A DNA stretch of 64,000 nucleotides from Octopus sinensis. Its lineage: Eukaryota. A program made the position numbers and the translations under genes. Shown here in pieces: positions 56,584-64,000 of this stretch. Each line of letters opens with the position of its first letter. Positions within the stretch are counted from its first letter, which is position 1. The stretch is taken from contig NW_021832433.1 of assembly GCF_006345805.1 (NCBI RefSeq), forward strand, positions 74,503 through 138,502, given 5' to 3'. The notes below the pieces were generated by a model, which saw only the letters and a program-made list of their open reading frames with translations, made no database searches and was not told where the DNA came from.

Positions 56584-56704
56584 CTTCGCCATTTTTAAAC
56601 CCCAGAGCTCTTATAGTTGAATTTTTTAAATTGTAATGTACTCTTTCACCTCGCAGGTTTTCTGGGCTCCATTCAACGTCCGGAATGATATGACGAGATA
56701 ATAT
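56584..56704 (-). CDS. FAS1-domain protein, exon B (phase 0 to 1)
   Basis: Acceptor tatttccAG|ATA, donor GAAG|GTACCT (weak). 121 nt encoding ILSRHIIPDVEWSPENLRGERVHYNLKNSTIRALGFKNGE, with the FAS1 central H-I/V-I/V motif. In frame with exons A and C. Confidence 0.9.
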
Positions 56705-56991
56705 CTGGAAATAATTTAACAGAGAATTATAGAGTATTAACAAGTGTTTTAATTACGGGTATATATGTCATTGTATATGCATACAATGAAAATGAAATCG
56801 TCAAATGAAAGGAATAGATGACTTAACATTTCGGAGAGTTTTCGCAGAGAAGTTAAAGCAATAAGAGAAGCAAGATAAAAAGAAATAGGAAATAATTTTG
56901 ATTTCATGACATCTGTTTACATTGCTAACTTGGTATGTATATATACGCGCACGTGCACGTGACCGTGTGTGTGTGTGTAATAATTCATTAC

Positions 56992-57154
56992 CTCTGTCAG
57001 CAGTGTCCAATTGTTTTTAAGCATACTTTGTTGTTTCAGCGGCAATCGGGAAAGTGCTTCGTCAGTGGGAACAAAAACTGTCATCGTACGTTTTGGATTC
57101 CTTAACATACTGCGGTAAGGTTTCAGCATGTGATTAAATAGTTGAGCCACTGAC
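56992..57154 (-). CDS. Fasciclin (FAS1)-domain cell-adhesion protein, internal exon A (phase 2 to 0)
   Basis: Acceptor ttttctcAG|G at 57156-57155, donor GAG|GTAATG at 56991. 163 nt encoding SVAQLFNHMLKPYRSMLRNPKRTMTVFVPTDEALSRLPLKQQSMLKNNWTLLTE; TMTVFVPTDEA is the FAS1 H1 motif. Confidence 0.93.
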
Positions 57155-57195
57155 CTGAGAAAATATAAAATGAAATAATCAGAATGATAATAATA

Positions 57196-57287
<92 letters not shown>

Positions 57288-57291
57288 TTCA

Positions 57292-57725
57292 TTTATTTTC
57301 CACGAGGGCGAAAGATGAGGGGGACAATACAGAGACAGACAAAAAGTGTGGGGATTTACATATAATAATGAAATGATAAAAAAAAGTATACACGGTATAT
57401 ACTGGGAAAGATGGGACGTATAAAGAAAAAAATGGGGGGGGGTGATAGAGATGTGACCCTCCTGATACAGGAACACCTCTACTAATAATCGAGTAACCCC
57501 AGCATCCGAGATTTCCTCGAAACCCCACGAGCAAGTGCTCTCTCCAATTCTTTCCTCCTATGTACACGTCGAGAGGTACCATCCAATCTTGCTATTTTCG
57601 CAACTTTCACCCACCTTTCTATAAATTCACTCGAGGATAGCACTTCCCTCTCCACTCTCAATTTCCTTTTCAAGCGAAACCTGAAAAAGCCAATGAGAGT
57701 TCTACGAAAGAGGAATGTATCTGTT
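57292..57725 (-). mobile_element. Tx1-like LINE 3' end
   Basis: LIGFFRFRLKRKLRVEREVLSSSEFIERWVKVAKIARLDGTS resembles Tx1/L1-clade ORF2 C-termini (from memory); the 3' UTR runs into (TTA)n. Confidence 0.55.
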
Positions 57726-57744
57726 CTTGCCTTTAAGAGTATCG

Positions 57745-58520
57745 CAAAATGCATGATAGAGCAGCACAGTATATTCATTGGGTAATTTGCAAAGGCTTGG
57801 ACCTGCCCCACGACAAAAACTGGTGGGAATACAAACCACCTCCAGTGCTTGAAAACGACCACATCTCACTCCTTGAAACTTCACCGTTCAAACTGACAGA
57901 AAGAGAAATGCCAGACATTATATAGAAGGATTTCAGAAAAATATCATGCCTCCTCATCGATATGACTGTTATAATCGATATAAATGTATCTGTCAAGATC
58001 TACCAAAAACTGGGCAAGTATAAAGAACTTGAAATAGAAATTGGCAAAAAGAGAAACCTCAAGACTAAAACAAAACCTATTATCATAGTTGCCATAGGAT
58101 TGATAGCAAAATGGCTGATTGCTCAGATATCAAGAAATCAAAAAATGGAAGAAATTCGAAAAATAGTGCTCATGGGAACTGCTTATATCCCAGGTAAAAT
58201 ACTGTCTATGTAATCCACGAAACATTTTAATCTGTAAACTGTGTTAAAAGTACTTTTAAATTTACATAATAGCAAACACCTTTCACTGTCATCTTAACAT
58301 CACACTGCCATCTCATAATCAATTTTTTTTTTTTATAACAAACGTTTAGTTTACTTATGTTTTGAAACACATTCACCGGAACAATACTCTTTGCAAAAGC
58401 AAATATATGGCACCCTAGGCATAACACTGACTTGAACTTCTAACTTGTCTCTTGATGTCTCTGGGTGAAACTCAGAGTTAACTTGTAGAAACACAAAGCA
58501 AAAGCCAAACATATAGTAAT
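57745..58520 (+). mobile_element. R4/Dong-like LINE 3' fragment with 3' UTR
   Basis: HDRAAQYIHWVICK..WWEYKPPPVLEND; LLIDMTV..DINVSVKIYQKLGKYKELEIEI..KIVLMGTAYI..KILSM*. Confidence 0.8.
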
Positions 58521-58740
58521 ATAATAATGGTTTCAAATTTTTCCATAAGGGCAGCAGTTTTGGGGGTGGGGATGAGTTGATTACATCGATCACAATTTAC
58601 CACTGGTATTTATTTTATCGATCCCAAAAGGATAAAAGGCAAAGTCGACCTCGACACAATATGAACTCACAAGGTGAAGACGGTCGAAATGCCACTAAAA
58701 ATTTTGCCCAGCGTGCTAACGATTCTGCCTGCTCACTGCC

Positions 58741-58796
<56 letters not shown>

Positions 58797-59318
58797 CGAC
58801 CCCAGTGTGTAACTGGTACTTATTTCATCGATCTCTAATGGATGGACAGTAATGTCGACCTCGGAGGAATTTGAGCTTAGAACTTAAAGACAGACGAAAT
58901 GCCCATAAGCATTTCGACCAGCGCACTAACGGTTCTGCTGATGATAAAGTATGCACCCGTGATACATGCATACAAACTGTGTATAAAGCATGCATATATA
59001 CAAGAAAACACTTGCGCATAAAATGCAGTGAAACATATGTTGTATGCTAATGTGACATGTTAAACCACTGCAGAAGCGTACATCGCTTCGCTCAAATAAC
59101 GACAACAACATATACGCACACCACGGCATGTAGATATCTTCTAATGGCGTCGTTTCGCTCGTTGTCCAAACTTTTTGATAAAACAATGATATGAAATTCA
59201 TTTCTAGTATTATCTATTGAGTACTATATATGGATGAAATACACTTCGATTGTATCAAATTCAGCGGAAACAATTCAAGATACACAAATAGATGTGTGTG
59301 CATATATATGTATATATA

Positions 59319-60961
59319 TCTCTTATTATAAAAGGCAGATTTTATCTGCTTCCCTTTGTCACTTAAAGAATCTACAAATAGGATTTCTTCAATTACAATT
59401 TACCTAGCATTTTTAAGAGTAGAATGCATCGGGTCATGCCAAGTCCAGTTTTTAAATTTTCAACCCCAATTAAGCAAAATTTAGAGAAAACTCACATTGT
59501 GGTGTATGAGTCAAATGCTTCTCTTAATGTGGGCTACAGCACTCGCACACACACACACACAAAAAGGGAGCGATCTCATTCACTCACGCTATCACTCATT
59601 TCTACGACATTCTCTTTGCAAGTTTGCAGCGATTAAAGTGAAACTAATTCGATAAAACGAGAGAAGTGTACCTTAAACCACTACTAAAAAACAGCAAACA
59701 GAAACAAATAAATACATAACGATTTACTCCTCACACAATTTCTTCAATTAGAGTGTACCCATGATTTTTCAGAGTACTTCCAGTGGGTGATGCCATAAAA
59801 AATTTCTTTCAATTTTACCACCAATTAAGACAAAATTCGAGAAAACTCAATATTTTAACATTTCACTCCGAAAGCATTGATGTACATGTGTGCGTGCGTG
59901 AGTGTGTGTGTCATTCCTCACACACACTCATACACATACATAATGAGAGTGGCAACACAAACGTTTCAAACAACTACATACAAACACGTGTGTGTTTGTT
60001 ATTAGTAAAAAAGGTGCCAAAACACAACTCACTTATCATTCCAACACATTGCAAAGACACACGGACGGTCGAATTGCTATAACAATACAGAAAAGGTAAA
60101 TTGGTTTTTATTTTACTCTGTATATATTTTATTATATAATATTATATATAGATTATGTATATATAATTGCAGTATGAAGCAGTGTTTATGTATAAACAGA
60201 CGACACTTATATATATGTATTAATAAATGTATGCATCCGTTTAAAAAACCCTTTCGTTACCAACCCGCCCGAATTTACCTATTCATATTTAAATGAGAAT
60301 ATCAGAGTAAATCTCTTTAGTACATTCGTGAAAACACGTATATACTTCGTAAACACTTCAAATACCGTTTTGTACAAAAATCGAAGAGTAATTTTATTTC
60401 CGTGAATTATGGGAGATTTTTTTCCGAAATTTATTCCTATTGTGTTTTCAAAATTTGTAATTCTGACAAAAAATGGATACGAATTTCATTATATCAAGCA
60501 GCGAGTCAGAATTCGAAGGATTTTCTACTGAAGACCTTCATAAATCTAACTCTATGACTGAAAAAAAAAAGCATTTTTATATAAGAGTGAAGTTGTGTGT
60601 CTGTCTCCTACGATTTAGATTCGTAACTACTCCCACATTTTGCGGTGCAGTTTATCCAAAACCGGGTATCTTATAGTCGTGATTCATATCGGGCCCTTCT
60701 GGGTATTAGCGCGCGTCTACGATGAGTCTACGATTAAAAAATAAATTACCATCATATTTTTCCATTTTAATGCATTTTTTTCGCTTTTATATAAGGGAAG
60801 TAACTCTCTAAAATATCTACGTTGTGTCAACGATTTAAAAAAAAAATTACCTTAATTTCTTTTCAATTTATGCATTTTTTGCTATTTTTGGCTATAACTC
60901 TCTAAAAATGCTTATATAGTTATTTCCCTTACAACCCGAGCAACGCCGGGCGATATGCTAG
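59319..60961 (+). mobile_element. Non-autonomous Helitron
   Basis: A|TC start (TCTCTTATTATAAAAGG); 3' hairpin CCCGAGCAACGCCGGG (60935-60950) then CTAG|T (60958-60962). The 5' boundary is less certain; a shorter element may start near 60570. Confidence 0.7.
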
Positions 60962-61336
60962 TATATATATAAACGGCAAAATGTCTGTGTGCGTGTTTAT
61001 ACAAATCCACAATTTTTCAGTAAGAGGGCTCGCACTTTCTATGGTTATTGAAAACCGTCCAAGGGTGGTCGTGCACATCTTTACATTTCCCCAGTCACCC
61101 TGCAAAGCCATTAAAAATCAATATAAGTGAATTTTTTGTGAATTTTCTATCCAAAACCCAATCAAAATGCCCGAAACTTGATACGTCAATTGAATGCCAG
61201 ATAGGTGTATGTGATGGTCGGAGATTTGGACAGTATATGCATGCACTAGCATGCAGCTGTATATGCATGCACTAGCATGCAGCTGTATATGCATGCACTA
61301 GCACTATGACCCGGCGTTGCCGGGTCATAGTGCTAG
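60962..61336 (+). mobile_element. Second non-autonomous Helitron abutting the first
   Basis: TATATATATAAACGGC-type start; ends GACCCGGCGTTGCCGGGTC..CTAG|T with an extended 19-bp hairpin. Confidence 0.7.
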
Positions 61337-61403
61337 TATATATTGTTTTTTTATTTGGATTGCAAGATTCTTTATGCGAATTCGTGTGTTGAAGCATATT
61401 TTA

Positions 61404-61656
61404 TTGTGTCTGGGGAGAATCATTCTCTTTTAGTGCCTTATTATTTAGCACACTCGCCGGAAAAGTTTCCACTCATTTACTTATTTATTTTTCTTAAAAT
61501 TTTCATTGCGTCTTGCAACAATTTCAATAGTTTGAAAAGGTTGCAAGACGCAACGAAAATTTTAGCAGCAAACGAATAAGTAAATGAGTTGAAACATTAC
61601 CGGCGCGTGTGTTAAATTATGAGGCACTAAAAGGGAATGACTCTCCCCAGATACAA
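61404..61656. mobile_element. Foldback MITE (arms of about 115 bp, 20-nt loop)
   Basis: TTGTGTCTGGGGAGAATCATTCTCTTTTAGTGCC...TTGCGTCTTGCAAC pairs with TTGCAAGACGCAA...GGCACTAAAAGGGAATGACTCTCCCCAGATACAA. Confidence 0.8.
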
Positions 61657-61784
61657 CACAATACACACACACGTGTTACTTAACAAACCAACATCGGCTG
61701 TCAAGCGATGCTGGCTAGACTAACGCAGACACACATATACATACATAATACATACATACATAACATACATACATACATACTACA

Positions 61785-61840
<56 letters not shown>

Positions 61841-63050
61841 CACACACGACCGGCAGCTTTGGATTTCGTCTGAGCTTTAGTAGAAGACATCTGCCCAAGG
61901 TGCCACGCAGTGGGACTGAACCCAGAACCATGCGTTTGGGAAGCAAGCTTCTTCCCACACAGCCACTCCTGCTGTATATCTCTTATTATAATGTAAATCT
62001 TTCTGTTTTATCTTTGTTTGTAACCGCCTCTAGCTCTATCTGCCGATTATTTTGATCCATCTCTACGTCGATGTGTGCATAGGTATGTCTGTAACTCTTC
62101 ATACATTTCTCATTCAGGACATAAGTGTACATATGTGTTTGTGCGTGTGTGTCGGGATACCTGTGTGCGTGTACCTATCAATCACTCTGTCTCATTACCT
62201 ATCAATCAATTGCTCTATCGAAACTTCTCTGCATCTGCACGTGTCTGGGGAAACGTGCATAGATTCACGGATGTACATATCGATGATACACTTTTCTTAC
62301 TGGTGTATAATACAAGCAACAGCGTGTATATAGATGCATACACACACACACTCACATACACACCCACACACATAGACACTCGCAGTACTGTTTGATTTCC
62401 AACGTTGACGCCATCTTACGGGAGATTTAGGAAGCAAAAAAAAAAAAAAGAAACGGTCTAGTTTTCGTTCTTTTATGTTTTATTTATTTAGATAATTTCC
62501 ATCTCTTTATTTAAATTCTTTAGTTATTTATAGCATTTAGTATTCTACCCTGTCTTCCGGCTAATTTCCAAATCGTTTTTCACTGTCTTTATATATTTTT
62601 TTTAATGGTGATATATAGACTCAGGTCACTTTCTATGCATGGAAGTTATTTCATTGTCCATAGCGGTAAGCCCTATCAAACACCATAGATTGACAGGTAC
62701 GTCACTTATACACACACAATATATATATATTATATATATGTATGGACTGACACACATATACATGCACATGTATTTTTATATCCGTTGTTTATATACCATG
62801 TTTTTAATTCATGTATTGTTTTAAAGTCATAAAAATATGCATGCGTGTATGAGATTATGTGTGCTGTGTGCGAAGACCCAGCTCTTTGTCTCTGGTGACT
62901 ATAAAGTAGCGACATACAATAATTGCGTGAAATATCAACCGAAACTTAGTTTGCGATCGAAACATTTATGGATGTGTGTCTATTTTTACACATGCATTTG
63001 TATGACTATAAATTTGAACATATATTTATGTAGGTATATATATATATATA

Positions 63051-63096
<46 letters not shown>

Positions 63097-63711
63097 GGGG
63101 TATTTAGATGCACATAATATATTCGCAGAGAGAGAGGGAGAGAGAAATATATATGCACATGCGCAGTGAGAGTTGTAGACACAAATGGACATTATATTCT
63201 TGGAAATCTTGATTTTTCAAGTTGCCGATAAGGATTAATGCATATTAAGATGGTGCCTGGTGCTGGGGGTCGGGATGATGGTGATGACGGTACCTTATGT
63301 GGATGATGATGATGATGATGATGATGATTGTGCTGACATTATCTCAGTGGCTGTTTATCTCCGTTGGTTTGTTTCTACATATTTAAGTTTTTGTTCTCTA
63401 TTTTCTACAACAGTGACTACCATCTTGCCCTTGAATCATTTACATACACACTCACCAATACACACACACACATACACACTCTCATACACACATACATATA
63501 TATATATATGTGTGCGTATATATATATACATATATATATGTATATATATGTGTATATATATATGTATACATATATATGTATACATATATATGTATATATA
63601 TATGCATATATGTATACATGTATATGTACACATGTGTGTGTATATGTATATGTCAATGTGTAAATATATATACATATAAACATATAAATAACAGTGCGTA
63701 ACTATACACAC

Positions 63712-63776
<65 letters not shown>

Positions 63777-64000
63777 TATAGACACGCATTGTTTATGTGA
63801 TTTGTGGATTCTCTGTCCTCTGATCAATATATATGTGTGTGTGTGTGCGTGTATAATTATTGAATGTAGTGTGATCGTGTGTAATCATTCGACAGTAAAA
63901 AAACAAACGAAAATAAACGGAAAATAACAGGATAAAAAAACCAACGAAAGAGTGTAACACTAAAATAAAATATCACCAATAATAAATAAATGAATAGAGA

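Overview
Eukaryotic, AT-rich, microsatellite-dense genomic DNA. The SINE families and the (TA)n/(AAT)n load look like Octopus/cephalopod DNA; this is recalled family resemblance, not a database check. The window lies inside one minus-strand gene for a fasciclin (FAS1)-domain cell-adhesion protein. Five exons (56992-57154, 56584-56704, 32090-32237, 30067-30229, 15670-15784) splice in frame through GT-AG introns of 287, 24346, 1860 and 14282 nt. Neither end of the gene was found. The introns hold several tRNA-derived SINE families, R4/Dong-like, Tx1-, CR1- and RTE-like LINE remnants, mariner remnants and MITEs, and two abutting non-autonomous Helitrons. The most notable feature is an apparently intact type I hammerhead ribozyme at 44698-44796, on the transcribed strand. 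It is one arm of a ~190-bp inverted repeat whose loop is an inverted copy of neighbouring SINE DNA. Degenerate hammerhead-like motifs occur at about 8.1, 23.7-24.0 and 49.9 kb. No rRNA, real tRNA or CRISPR array was seen. Almost all long ORFs in the supplied track are microsatellite artefacts.
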